Shown: positions 40,193 through 51,581, numbered from the stretch's first letter. The stretch is DNA of 64,000 nt from Bacteroidota bacterium (GCA_016713445.1 JADJPB010000001.1:449000-512999), one strand, 5' to 3'. Notes: generated from the letters alone by a model not told the origin. Numbers and translations: made by a program.

Positions 40193-40359
40193 TCGCAAGT
40201 CTTCTCGATAGTAAATTGATTCGCTACTCAGATCGATATAGGAAATGAAGATAAATTATAATTATACAATAGAATTAATAGAAGCTGAAAGCAAATCTGA
40301 ATATTAAAATTGAACAAACAAATGAACTTTTATATAAAACACTTTAACTTAATTAAACA

Positions 40360-40703
40360 ATGTCTCAATTATCTGAACAATTACGAAAACAAACAAAAGA
40401 AATGGCGATCAGCGCCATCTTATTAACAAGGAAACTTCCTCAAAACGACGAGGGATGGACAATTAAAAAACAACTCATAAGATCCGCTACTTCGGTGGCA
40501 GCCAATTACAGGTCGGCTTGTAGAGGAAGAAGTGATCGAGAATTCTATTCTAAATTATGTATTGTTGTTGAAGAGCTAGATGAATCAATGTTTTGGTTAG
40601 AGTTAACAGAAGATATTGAATTAATTCTTCAAAAGATGTGCAGCCAGTGATGGAAAAAATGAATAAATTATTGAAAATATTATCTGCTGCAAAAGCACAC
40701 TAA
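40360..40703 (+). pseudogene. four-helix-bundle protein (23S rRNA intervening-sequence protein family), with a frameshift near its 3' end
   Basis: The pattern ..QLIRSATSVAANYRSACRGRSDREFYSKLCIVVEELDESMFWLEL.. is typical of the family. The adjacent frame continues ..KDVQPVMEKMNKLLKILSAAKAH* to 40703. Confidence 0.8.
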
Positions 40704-40770
40704 GAAATAAAATAAATCCTAAAGAATTAGATTAAATAATAGTTGGTTGATTTAAATTAATATTAATCAA

Positions 40771-40807
40771 GAATCCACCAACTCACCAACTCACCAATCC
40801 ACCAATT
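40771..40807. repeat. right arm of the hairpin cassette (ccaacYcaccaa words)
   Basis: gaatccaccaactcaccaactcaccaatccaccaatt is the reverse complement of the left-arm heptads and ends 10 nt before the pntAB start. Confidence 0.85.
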
Positions 40808-40817
40808 AAAAATTAAT

Positions 40818-41123
40818 ATGGAAAATATAATCAACCTCGTATCTGATCACCGCGAAATGCTCTATTTCGTCATCTTATCCGTATTCGTCGGAATTGAAGT
40901 AATTGGCGGTGTGCCTACCGTTTTGCATACCCCTCTCATGAGTGGTGCAAATGCCATTCACGGTGTGGTAATCGTAGGAGCCATTTATGTGATGTTAAAC
41001 ATCGACCCTACTAATATCTTCGCTTTAGTGCTTGGATTTTTAGCGGTATTACTCGGAACATTAAATGTGGTGGGTGGCTTTGTAGTGACCGATCGTATGT
41101 TGGAAATGTTCAAGAAAAAATAA
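40818..41123 (+). CDS. pntAB: NAD(P) transhydrogenase subunit alpha part 2 (membrane)
   Basis: 101 aa with three TM helices, ..VPTVLHTPLMSGANAIHGVV.. and ..GGFVVTDRMLEMFKKK. Confidence 0.85.
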   Translation: MENIINLVSDHREMLYFVILSVFVGIEVIGGVPTVLHTPLMSGANAIHGVVIVGAIYVMLNIDPTNIFALVLGFLAVLLGTLNVVGGFVVTDRMLEMFKKK

Positions 41124-41150
41124 TAGTATAACGATTAATATTTAAAGATT

Positions 41151-42562
41151 ATGAAGAGCTCCCTGCTCGAAATTTGTTACCTCTTTGGCTCTGTCACTTT
41201 CATCGTTGGATTGAAAATGATGGGTAATCCGAAGTCAGCCCGTAAAGGAAATTTATTAGGTGCATTAGGAATGGTGATCGCCATTTTCGGAACGATTTTT
41301 CTTTTGAAAAGAAAGATCATGCCGGAAATATTGATACTGCATTTGTAGTTCCTGCAATAGTCTATTATCTCATATTTGGTGCCATAGCTCTTGGAACTGT
41401 GATCGGTTGGTTGACCGCCAAGCGTGTTCAAATGACCAAGATGCCTGAACTGGTTTCTATGTTCAATGGAATGGGTGGTGCATGCGCTGCATTGATTGGA
41501 TTAATGGAGTACGAGCACAATTTGGATAGCACCGGAGCATTGGCTGCTATCATTGCCGGAATGGTGATCGGAACCGTTTCTTTCAGTGGATCAATCATCG
41601 CTTATTTAAAATTGAATGGTTCCATGAATAAACCTATTCGATTGCCGCAATACAATATCATCAATACAATTTTCATGATTTCTTTAGTGGCGTTTGGAAC
41701 TTGGATGGTGATGATGAAACCAGATAATATGGCGATTTTGTATGCTTTGTTCTTTGCAGCTATCGTTTATGGAATTCTATTTACGATTCCCATTGGTGGT
41801 GCAGATATGCCGGTAGTTATATCGTTGCTGAATTCATTCACTGGACTCGCTGCAGCATTCGGCGGATTCTTATACGACAATAAAATTATGCTTACAGGTG
41901 GAATCCTGGTAGGTTCCGCAGGAACTCTTTTAACACTCGTGATGTGTAAGGCGATGAATCGTCCATTGAGTAATGTCATTTTCGGTGCATTTGGAGCTTC
42001 TGGTGCGACTGGAGATCGTGAAGTGAGTGGAAATATCAAAGACATCAACGTAAGCGATACGGCTGTTCTAATGAACTATTCTAAGAAAGTAGTGATTGTA
42101 CCTGGATATGGATTAGCAGTAGCTCAAGCACAACACGTAATTCATGAGTTAGAAATGATTTTAGAAGAACGAGGTGTAAGTGTGAAATATGCCATTCATC
42201 CCGTAGCTGGTCGTATGCCTGGACATATGAACGTGCTTTTAGCAGAGTCCAATGTTTCTTATGATAAGTTGGTGGAGATGGAAGACATCAATCCTGAGTT
42301 TGCTTCAACCGATGTTGTGTTGGTCGTTGGAGCAAATGACGTTGTAAATCCAGCTGCACATAATGATCCGGCTTCCCCAATTTATGGAATGCCAATTTTA
42401 GATGTAGAAAACGCAGCCCATATCATCGTCAACAAACGTTCGATGAATGCGGGTTATGCCGGTATCGAAAACGAACTCTTCTTTAATCCCAAAACGAATA
42501 TGTTGTTTGGTGATGCGAAAACGGTTCTGACAAAATTAGTGGCGGAGTTGAAAGCATTGTAA
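41151..42562 (+). pseudogene. pntB: NAD(P) transhydrogenase subunit beta, one frameshift (about 41340-41400)
   Basis: The N-terminal TM fragment begins at 41151. The large fragment has ..VVIVPGYGLAVAQAQH.., ..HPVAGRMPGHMNVLLAE.. and ..VVGANDVVNPAA.. Confidence 0.9.
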
Positions 42563-42852
42563 CGCGAAATGCGGTCTGACGCGAAATGCGAACTGACGCG
42601 AAATGCGAATGAACACGAAATGCGAACTGACGCGAAATGCGAACTGACGCGAAATGCGAACTGACGCGAAATGCGAATGAACACGAAATGCGAATGAACA
42701 CGAAATGCGAAATAATGCGAAATTTGATTTTCGTTTTTTTCTGGATCCTCTTATTACGACTAAAATATTATAATTAATAGAATATTAAATTAAAATATAC
42801 GAAGCGGTGCGAAATTGATTTTCGCATTTCGTGTTCATTCGCATTTCGTGTC
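42562..42852. repeat. second copy of the cgaaatgcgaa hairpin element, in opposite orientation, with a tandemly expanded left arm
   Basis: The left arm (42562-42733) is about 9 tandem units of gacgcgaaatgcgaact/gaatgaaca. The right arm is 42800-42852. The motif cgaagcggtgcgaaatt (42800-42816) is the reverse complement of 37478-37494. Confidence 0.85.
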
Positions 42853-42887
42853 CAATCAAGTTTAATGCGAAGCGTAATTTCTAATAC

Positions 42888-43945
42888 TTAGAAAGTAATA
42901 ACTTTACTCCCTTCAACATCCGAAGCTTGAACTAATTTCCCAATCGGTTTCCAACATCGTGGATCGATGTTATTCTCTTTGAATAAATCTAAGAGAGCCG
43001 GAACGTTTTTCTCTGCGATGGCAATGAGTAATCCCCCACTTGTTTGAGGATCACATCCTAAGTGCAATTCACGCGCTCCAGGTTCTTGAATTAAATGTCC
43101 GTAGCTGTTCCAGTTTCTGTAGGTAATTGCCGGAATGGTGAACTGATCCATGTAGGCATCCAAATTATCTAGTTCAGGAATGGCTTTTAAATCAAGATGG
43201 GCAGCAAGGCCGCTACCCGAGCCATCTCAAGTAAATGACCAAATAAACCAAAGCCAGTAACATCCGTCAGGGAATGTACACCTTCAAATCCTGCTAATTG
43301 CGCTCCAATTTTATTTAATGTAGTCATGGAGTTGATGGCAATTTGCATATCGACGGCCTTCGCTTTGCCCATTTTTTCAGCTGTGGTTATTATACCTACT
43401 CCTAGTGCTTTTGTTAAGAAAAGTAAATCACCTTCCCTGTGCGGTATCATTTCGAAGCAATTGATTCGTTTGAATAATACCGTTGACTGCTAATCCGATG
43501 ATTGGCTCAGGACTATCAATACTATGTCCGCCGGCAAGTGGTATGTTCGCAGCTTCGCATATACTTCTTCCGCCAGCAATTACTTTTGCTGCAACTTCAG
43601 GAGCTAATTTATCGATAGGCCAACCGAGGATTGCGATGGCTAGATTCGGTTGACCGCCCATCGCGTAGATATCAGAAATAGCATTGGTAGCAGCAATTCT
43701 ACCGAAGTCGTAGGGATCATCTACAATGGGCATAAAAAATCGGTAGTGCTGATGAGTGCAAAGCCATTTCCAATTTCCAAAACGGCAGCGTCATCGCGCG
43801 TTGCATTGCCTACCAACAAATTCGGAAAATCTTTTGTGCTTTCATTTCCTTTTAGAATTTCATCTAACAAAGCTGGTGCAATTTTACAACCGCATCCATA
43901 TCCATGACTAAACTGTGTTAATTTGATGGGCTCACTCATTTGCAT
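42888..43945 (-). pseudogene. selD: selenide, water dikinase, 3 frameshifts
   Basis: Four consecutive fragments are present. The N-terminus is ..[12 protein letters not shown].. (Cys form, not Sec). [28 protein letters not shown], ..TDVTGFGL.GHL.EMA.. and ..DPQTSGGLLIA.. follow. Confidence 0.85.
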
Positions 43946-43955
43946 TCTGATTTTA

Positions 43956-44993
43956 CTAATTTATAATTTCTTTTTTCGCGGTTAAAATTTTCCGAACACT
44001 CACATCGGGATCGGTCCACTTGAAAGCGACTTTCATGCAAGTATTGTTCTCTCGTTTTGTATTGCTGTGCGCATAAGTTTTATCATAATAATCCAACACA
44101 ATTTCTAGCCATTGCGAAAGGTCATTCGCCATTAAAAAATCGAGTGCTCGTTTCATTTTGCAGTCCCCTAATCGTTTTTCTATTCTCTTCGTCTGCTCAG
44201 CGAGTTGATCCACTGAAAAAATACCGTATTCATTTAATATTCGTAGGGATCTTTCTGCTGTGGATACTTCCATTTCCACCACTTTGGATTTTCGCATTTG
44301 AGAAAATAATCCTTCGGAATGGTGATTTGTCCAATATTTCTGCTTTCATTCTCTAGCCAAAGAATTTCATTGGCATCAATAGACGCTAATTTTTCTGCCA
44401 GCATATTCTCAAAATATTCTTGTCGGGGTTGTTCGGGCATTCCTAATAAACCGAATGCAGAACCTTTGTGACAAGCAAGGTGTTCAAGGTCGATGGTTTG
44501 CTCTTGCAGTGTATTTAGTTTTGCAAAACTTCCGTCTTCCCGCTGCCTGTCATCCCTCCTAAAAATTAATACTTGATAAGGCTTTTCAAATTGTTGAATC
44601 ACCCATTGGCGATACGATTTATAACCTTTCTCCAGTAAAGTCACCTTAATGCCCAGCATCTGAATAAGCCAAGCCATAATATTACTCCGCATGCCACCTC
44701 TCCAGCAGTAAACAAACACTTCCTTATCTCCTGCTAAATCGCGCACAGTTTTAATTTCTCATGAAATACAGGACCCACCAATTCAAATCCTTTTAAAACG
44801 GCTGCTTCTCTTCCTTGCTCCTTGTAAATGGTTCCAATGATATGTCGATGTTCGTTGTTCAAAAGAGGTAATGAAATAGCTCCTGGAATACATGCTTTTC
44901 AAATTCCTTCTCACTACGGGTATCAAAAAGCATCGCATTTCTCACTCTTCTTTGCTCTAAAAATTTTTCAATGGGAAGTGTTTTCACTGACAT
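43956..44993 (-). pseudogene. mnmH: tRNA 2-selenouridine synthase, at least 3 frameshifts
   Basis: ATG at 44993 gives MSVKTLPIEKFLE...LFDTRSEKEF (rhodanese domain). CWRGGMRS is the active-site loop, and the C-terminal P-loop-like part is in fragments 44234-44746 and 43956-44297. Confidence 0.75.
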
Positions 44994-45120
44994 GTTGCAA
45001 ATCTAGGTAAACAACAGAAACTAAAACACAAAATTATTATGTAGTTAAATTGCCATTAAAAAAAGAAGGGAGAACCCCCCGGTCCTCCCCTATCGTTAAC
45101 CCAATTACGGGAAATTTTTT

Positions 45121-45679
45121 TTAATTCAGATTGGGATCTTCTGGGAAATTAGCGAGAATCGCATATTCATTGCCCATACTTCTCAAAACTTCACTCCATA
45201 ATGAACGTGGATTGTTTGCAAATGTAAATTCCATGTTCGCTTTAAATACTAACCATGATTTTTCTTTCATCTCATGATCCAACTGTTTGGGTTCCCATCC
45301 AGAGTAACCAGCGTAGAAACGTATCTGATCAGGTCGAATTTGTTTTGTATCTATTAAGAACTTTAACTGATCGTAATCCCCACCCCAGAAAATACCATTT
45401 AGAATTTCTTTGGATCCTTCTAAAGATGTCCTACTGTGTGGATGTAGAACAACGTATCGGTCTCCACTGGACCACCAAAGTAAAGGGAACTTTAAACTCA
45501 GGAAAATCATCAACCGCATCGTTCAAGCTTACATCGGTTGGCTTATTCAGTATAAAACCAAGGGTTCCTTTGTCATCGTGTTCACTAAGAAGTACCACCG
45601 CCCTTTTAAAATAAGAGTCTAAAAGAAAGGGTTCAGATATTAGCAAACTTCCTTGGACCGGTTTATTTAGCTTTTTCAT
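45121..45679 (-). pseudogene. YqgE/AlgH-family protein (UPF0301), one frameshift
   Basis: GSLLISEPFLLDSYFKRAVVLLSEHDDKGTLGFILNKP is followed in the second fragment by ..IFWGGDYDQLK....IRFYAGYSGWEPKQLDHEM...W.. Confidence 0.8.
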
Positions 45680-45921
45680 ATCTCTTGATTATTACACTGT
45701 TCTACAATCGCTGTTTCTAGTCCTCCCGAGCTTTCTTTGAGAGGGTGAAACTAAACACTTCTCTTGATTTTAGCCCGACGAAAAACATGCCAATTTGTAC
45801 TTAATACGGAAATGCTTCGCCAACAGTTTGTAAAAAATCAACATAAATGGTATTTCTTCAATAGCATTGATAATGAATAGTGAATTTATTTTGACCGATT
45901 ATGGCTTACCTTTGCAAGATC

Positions 45922-46570
45922 ATGGACCATATCAACCAGTATCTTCAAAACACTAGAAATCAATATGATAAAGGTGTATTGCTTGAAAATCAATTACATG
46001 AGAATCCATTGAAACAGTTTGAAATTTGGATGCAGGAGGCTATTGCGACGAATCAACCGGAGACCAATGCTATGGATTTGAGTACAGTATCTGACAGCAA
46101 GCCAAGCTCTCGCATCGTTTTGTTAAAAGGGGTCGATGAAAAGGGTTTTGTTTTTTACACTAATTACGACAGTAAGAAAGGCAAGGACATGCTTAGTAAT
46201 CCATATGCCTGCCTTAATTTTTTCTGGCAAATTCAAGCGCGACAGATAAGAATTGAAGGGAGAGTCGAGAAAGTGACTCCAGAAGAAAGCGATGAATATT
46301 TCAAATCCCGCCCAAGGGAGAGCCAAATTGGAGCTTGGGCATCCACCCAAAGCCGAGTGATTAAGAATAGAGCTATTTTGGATGAAAGTGTGGCTCAATT
46401 CTGAGAAGGAATACGAAGGGAAAGAGATTCCTCGACCTGCGCACTGGGGAGGTTTTCGTTTAGTTCCTGAGAAAATTGAGTTCTGGCAAGGTCGCCCCAA
46501 TCGGCTTCACGATCGTTTCCTCTATGAAGATTCACCAGCTGGGTGGATGGTATTTAGATTGTCGCCTTAA
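45922..46570 (+). pseudogene. pdxH: pyridoxamine 5'-phosphate oxidase, one frameshift (about 46380-46405)
   Basis: ..PSSRIVLLKGVDEKGFVFYTNYDSKKG.., ..QIRIEGRVEKV...SDEYF.SRPRESQIGAWAS.QS.. and ..[27 protein letters not shown] are present. Confidence 0.85.
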
Positions 46571-46827
46571 AATTACAAGTATTATTAAATATAAACTGGA
46601 GACGTTCGTTTACCTATAGACTCAAGGTTAAACACTAGAGACACTTGAGAACACTTGAGAACCCTAGAGAATTTAAGAGAAATCTTGAGATCAATAGAGA
46701 AACTAAAAAAACTATAGTGCACCCTTTTAAGTTCATCAATAAACAAATTGCTTAAGTACTCTCCAGTGACCTTTAGTGCCTTCGTGTTTAAAAAAGCTTA
46801 AACCTTGCTATAATTTAAATTCCAAAA

Positions 46828-48090
46828 ATGTCGTTACGAATTATTATCTTCATTCTCGTCCTTCTTGCAATCGATTTCTACGTTTTTCAAGGGTTCAAAT
46901 TCGCCTTTAGAAATACATCCATAACCACTCAAAAGTCGTGAGCATTGCTTTTTGGAGTTTAACAGTTTTACGACTTCTGTCTTACTAGCAATGTTAATCA
47001 AAGATTGGTCGACCTGGCCAAAAGTGATAAAGACCTATGCTGGAGCGATGGTATTCATCATTACTTTTTCTAAATTATTTATCATTTTATTTTTATTAAC
47101 AGATGATATTTTTAGAGGAGTAAAATGGGCGTATGAAAAAATATTTCCTGGTAAAGAAGCCATAGATCCGTCCGCAATTCCAGCTATTCTCAATAAAGGA
47201 ATCTCTCGCTCCGACTTTTTAGTGCGAAGTGGCTTAGTGGTGGCAGCGCTTCCTTTTGTAGGATTGATTTATGGAATGGTAAAGGGAGCTTATGATTATC
47301 AAGTAAAAAATATAAAATTGAATTTAGCGAATTTGCCAAAAGCTTTTCACGGATATAAAATCATTCAGATTTCTGATTTGCATGTGGAAGTTTCGTTAGT
47401 TCGGAACCGTTAGAAGAAGCGGTGCGCATCATCAATGAACAAAATGCAGATATCATTCTATTCACAGGTGATTTAGTGAATAATCGCTCGGATGAATTGA
47501 ATATGCATAAAGCAGCTTTGTCAAAATTAAAAGCAAAGCACGGCGTATTTTCTACTCTGGGGAATCACGACTATGGTGATTATGTACCTTGGGATACAGA
47601 GGAGCTGAAGCGTGAAAATTTAGCTGCTTTAATTGCAGGTCATAAAGAGATGGGCTGGAATATCTTGATGGACGAACATCGACATATTGAAAAAGACGGA
47701 GAGAGAATTACCCTAATTGGTGTTCAGAATTACAGTATGCATTTACGATTTCCTAAATATGGAAGTTTGCCAAAGGCCACTGAAAATATTCAATACAGTG
47801 ATTTCAATATTTTGCTCTCTCACGATCCTAGTCATTGGCGCGGTGAAGTCATCAAAGATTTTCCTGAGATTGATCTCACCTTAGCCGGACATACTCACGG
47901 CTTCCAATTCGGCGTCGAACTTCCCAATTTCAAATGGAGTCCAGTACAGTATGTTTACAAAGAATGGGCAGGACTTTACACAGAAGGAAAGCAACAGCTG
48001 TATGTCAATAGAGGTTTAGGCTTTCTAGGCTATCCTGGGCGGGTTGGGATATTGCCTGAGATTACGGTGCTTGAACTGCACCGGAGTTAA
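46828..48090 (+). pseudogene. membrane-anchored metallophosphoesterase, 2-3 frameshifts
   Basis: N-terminal TM fragments are followed by ..IIQISDLH.., then DIILFTGDLV, GNHDY and LAGHTHG. Confidence 0.75.
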
Positions 48091-48375
48091 TTCAGAATGT
48101 AGAATTAAGAATTCAGTCATGAGGCTTCCAGATCAGAATTACCCCTTACCTATCACCTTTTTTATCTTTTATCTTCCATTTCACAGACCCTCTTTAATTC
48201 GCTCTCGAATACTAACGCTCGTTAACTCTACCTTATTCTGCCGATAACATCTGGAACTTCGTTCTGAATTCTCCTCCTCCTCCTCACGGTAGCTTTCAAT
48301 ACATTATTCAGTTTTCTACAAAATCTTCACTTTATTGTAATAATTCTGAATTCTGCATTTATAATTCTGAATTAT
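48088..48375. repeat. hairpin element of the aattcWgaat word family with a ~220-nt loop
   Basis: The left arm taattcagaatgtagaattaagaattcag (48088-48116) begins in the stop codon. The complementary right arm is taataattctgaattctgcatttataattctgaattat (48339-48375). Confidence 0.8.
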
Positions 48376-48391
48376 CCCCTATCTTTATTCT

Positions 48392-50438
48392 ATGAAAAGA
48401 CTTTACATCCTATTAATTTTAATATTTTGCCAGCTCAATGTTTCAGCACAATGGCAGCAGACCAGTGGACCAGGAGGAGGATATATTTCTTCTTTCGCTT
48501 CTAATGGAAATAACCTTTTTGTTGCGACAACTTTAGGCGGTGTTGGATATTATGGAGCCGGAGTTTTCCTTTCGACAAATAATGGTGCTACATGGACACC
48601 AAAAAATGCGGGCTTACTTTGCACTGGTATTTATACTCTATTGACAATCGGCACGTCGATTTTTGCAGGCACCGATAATGGAATTTTCACCACCAATAAC
48701 AGTGGTAATTCTTGGAGTCAACTTAGTAATGGAATTCCTTCTACCTATGTAACTTCATTGATTTTAGATGGCGTATCAATTATTGCTGCGACATATGACA
48801 GCGGGATGTTTGTTTCAAACAATAATGGAGTTTCTTGGAGTCCAATAAATATGGGCTTTGCTAATCCAGAAGTGTGGGCATTGGCATCCAACGGATCTGA
48901 GATTTATGCGGGTGTAAATGGAGTTGGACTATATAAATCAATTGACAATGGTGCTAGTTGGAATCTGTTAAATAATGGAATTTCAAGTTCTAATTTCTCC
49001 TGTATTGCTTTAAATGGACAAGATGTGTTTGTTAGTGCCACAGGAGGTGTTTTTCATTCTAATAATGGAGGTGCGCAATGGAATTCACTTAATTCAGGAC
49101 TGACTAGTTTACAAATAAAAACAATTTTTATTAATGGCTCAGATCTATTTGTAGGTACAAATGACTCCGGTTTATTTTATTCGAACAATAATGGGGCTTC
49201 ATGGTCGGCAAGCAATATTGGATTGTTGAACAGTACCATTACTTCGGGAAGCATTCATAATTCTATTCTTTTTGTAGGTTCTGATGGCGGTGGAGTTTAC
49301 TCATCTGTAAATGGTGGATTGAATTGGAATCCTTCAAGTGTTGGATTAGTAAATAGTGCTATATCATCTCTTGCTACCGATGGGGTTCATCTTCTTGCTG
49401 GTTCCGAATCAGCAGGTTTGTTTTCCACAAATGACAATGGGGTTACTTGGACAGGTCAAAATAACGGTTTACCAGTTTGTAACATTACACAAGTTTTATA
49501 TGTAGATTCTGTGATGTATTTATCAACTTGGGGAGATGGTATATTTTCTTCTATAGACAGTGGGTATCATGGGCATCATTAAACACAGGATTAAACAACC
49601 TCTATTTAAATACAGTATTGGTAGACGGAGCAAATATTTTGTAGGAACTAATTCTGGAATTTTGCATACTAATGATAACGGAATTACTTGGACTACGATG
49701 AATTCAGGATTGGGAAGTCCAATAGTCATGACCATGGCAAAAAATGGAACCAGCATATTCGCCGGTACTTATGGCAATGGTGTTTATGTATCGAGCAATA
49801 ATGGAGCTTTTGGTCACTCACCAGTAGTGGATTTTCGCAAGCCGTCGTTTCAAAATTTTATCGCATAACGGATATTTAATTGCTGGAACCTTTGGTGGAG
49901 GGGTATTTACTTCTTCCGACAATGGAGTGAGTTGGACACCAAGCATTGCTACACCGTTTGGTGCTACTTATGACATGGTAGGTTATAATAATTTTCTTTT
50001 GTTGCAACAAGTGGCGGGGTAAAATTATCTAATGACTATGGGTATACTTGGAGTAATGTGTATTCAAATTCACTATTTAGTGCAGTTAGATCTATTGCCA
50101 CTCATGATGGATATCTTTTTGCAGGCACGTGGGATAAAAGTGTATGGAAAACTCTTTTAGCTCCTCTGGTAGGAGAAGATGAACTAACGTTCAATCTCAA
50201 CTTTAACTTGTACCCAAATCCTACAAATAATGTTTTAAATATCGATTTTAAAGGAACCCAAAACCAAGTAAATATAATTACGCTAATGAATGCATATGGT
50301 CAAATTGTTTATTCATCAAGCATAAATTCATCTGCAAAGGAATCCATCGATATTAGCCATTTACCAAGTGGAATGTATTTAGTTCATGTAGAATCGAAAG
50401 ACGGAAGGGCTACTCGTAAATTCATTGTTGAGGATTGA
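48392..50438 (+). pseudogene. BNR/Asp-box repeat protein with a T9SS C-terminal sorting domain, about 3 frameshifts
   Basis: A signal peptide is followed by more than 10 S-x-(D/N)-x-G-x-(T/S)-W repeats. The C-terminus ..LYPNPTNNVLNIDF...SGMYLVHVESKDGRATRKFIVED is typical of type A T9SS sorting domains. Confidence 0.75.
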
Positions 50439-50637
50439 TTCAATTCAGAATTAAGAATGCAGAATTCAGAATTAGTAAATTCTCTCCTAGGTCATCTTGT
50501 TATTCGCTTCGTAGCGTATCATAGCAATACTTTCAAAAGCAATATTTCAAATTGTGGTTCAAATTAGTTTTTCTCGTGAATTCGGTAGATAAATCCTAGA
50601 AAATAATTCTGCATTCTGAATTCTGCATTCTGAATTA
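50439..50637. repeat. second hairpin element of the aattcWgaat family with a ~125-nt loop
   Basis: The arms 50439-50475 (ttcaattcagaattaagaatgcagaattcagaattag) and 50601-50637 (aataattctgcattctgaattctgcattctgaattat) are complementary. Confidence 0.8.
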
Positions 50638-50648
50638 TATCTTTGCCC

Positions 50649-51351
50649 ATGCTTCCTACACTCTACTTAATTCCATCTTCCTCGGTGCTGAAAATGTAAA
50701 TGATTTTTTGCCCGAAGGCACCTTAACATTATTCGCAACTTAAAACATTTTATTGTTGAAGATTCAAAAACGGCTCGTGCTTTTCTGAAGACATGCAATA
50801 TCGTTTACGCACAAAGCGATTTAAGCGTCGAGGTGCTCGACAAACACGATCCGAATCATAATATAGCTCAATTGATGTTGCCGCTTAAGGAGGGCATTTC
50901 TCTGGGCGTTTTGAGTGAGGCTGGATGTCCAGGGGTAGCGGATCCAGGCGCCTTGGTCGTTGCAGAAGCACATCGAATGGGCGTGAAAGTAGTTCCCTTG
51001 GTTGGACCCTCTTCCCTACTCCTCGCCTTGATGGCATCTGGATTGGAAGGACAGCGTTTTTGTTTTCATGGGTATATCACCATTGATAAAACCGAACGCA
51101 TGAAGAAAATTCAGCGAATGGAAGAAGCCGCAAAATCAAGAAAAGAAACCCAACTTTTTATTGAAACACCCTATCGTAATAATCAAGTGCTATCCGATTT
51201 ACTTCAACATCTTGGAGGTGAAACAAAACTTTGCCTAGCGGTCTCCATCAACACTCCGGATGAAATGATCCGCACATTAAAAGTAAAAGAATGGAAAAAC
51301 AATAAACCCGAGTTGCATAAGTTGCCATGTGTGTTTTTGATTGGAGGATAG
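50649..51351 (+). pseudogene. tetrapyrrole-methylase-fold SAM-dependent methyltransferase (RsmI-like), at least 2 frameshifts near the 5' end
   Basis: ATG at 50649 gives MLPTLYLIPS... Shifted frames give ..HFIVEDSKTARAFLK... The main fragment has ..GVLSEAGCPGVADPG..VV..AH..G..V.PLVGPSS.. Confidence 0.65.
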
Positions 51352-51581
51352 TTTCTGTAATTTATATTCTCACCATCATTAAAATTTCGCTTCCGAAAAT
51401 TACATAGCTGCTAGCTTCTGGCTGCAAGATGCAATGTTTGCATTGTCGAAGCATGGAGCCTGCACCACCGTTTTAGATTTAGTATACATGTTCATTCGCC
51501 CAATGAAACACTCAGGCAAGAAGTTCGCGGATTAGCGGATTCGAATTTAGTACATTCGTATCGATTCGTAATTCGTATCCT

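Noticed and set aside
40254-40276. Treating the shared attataatta...atagaat string as firm proof that the ORF-less hairpin elements derive from the four-helix-bundle cassette
   Set aside because: Both regions are extremely AT-rich and the match is short and gapped, so chance similarity cannot be excluded by eye. I keep it only as a tentative hint in the corresponding finding.
44828-45010. 60-aa plus-strand ORF, taken as a possible small gene between selU and yqgE
   Set aside because: The minus strand here encodes the N-terminal rhodanese part of the tRNA 2-selenouridine synthase (MSVKTLPIEKFLE...LFDTRSEKEF). The plus-strand ORF is a shadow.
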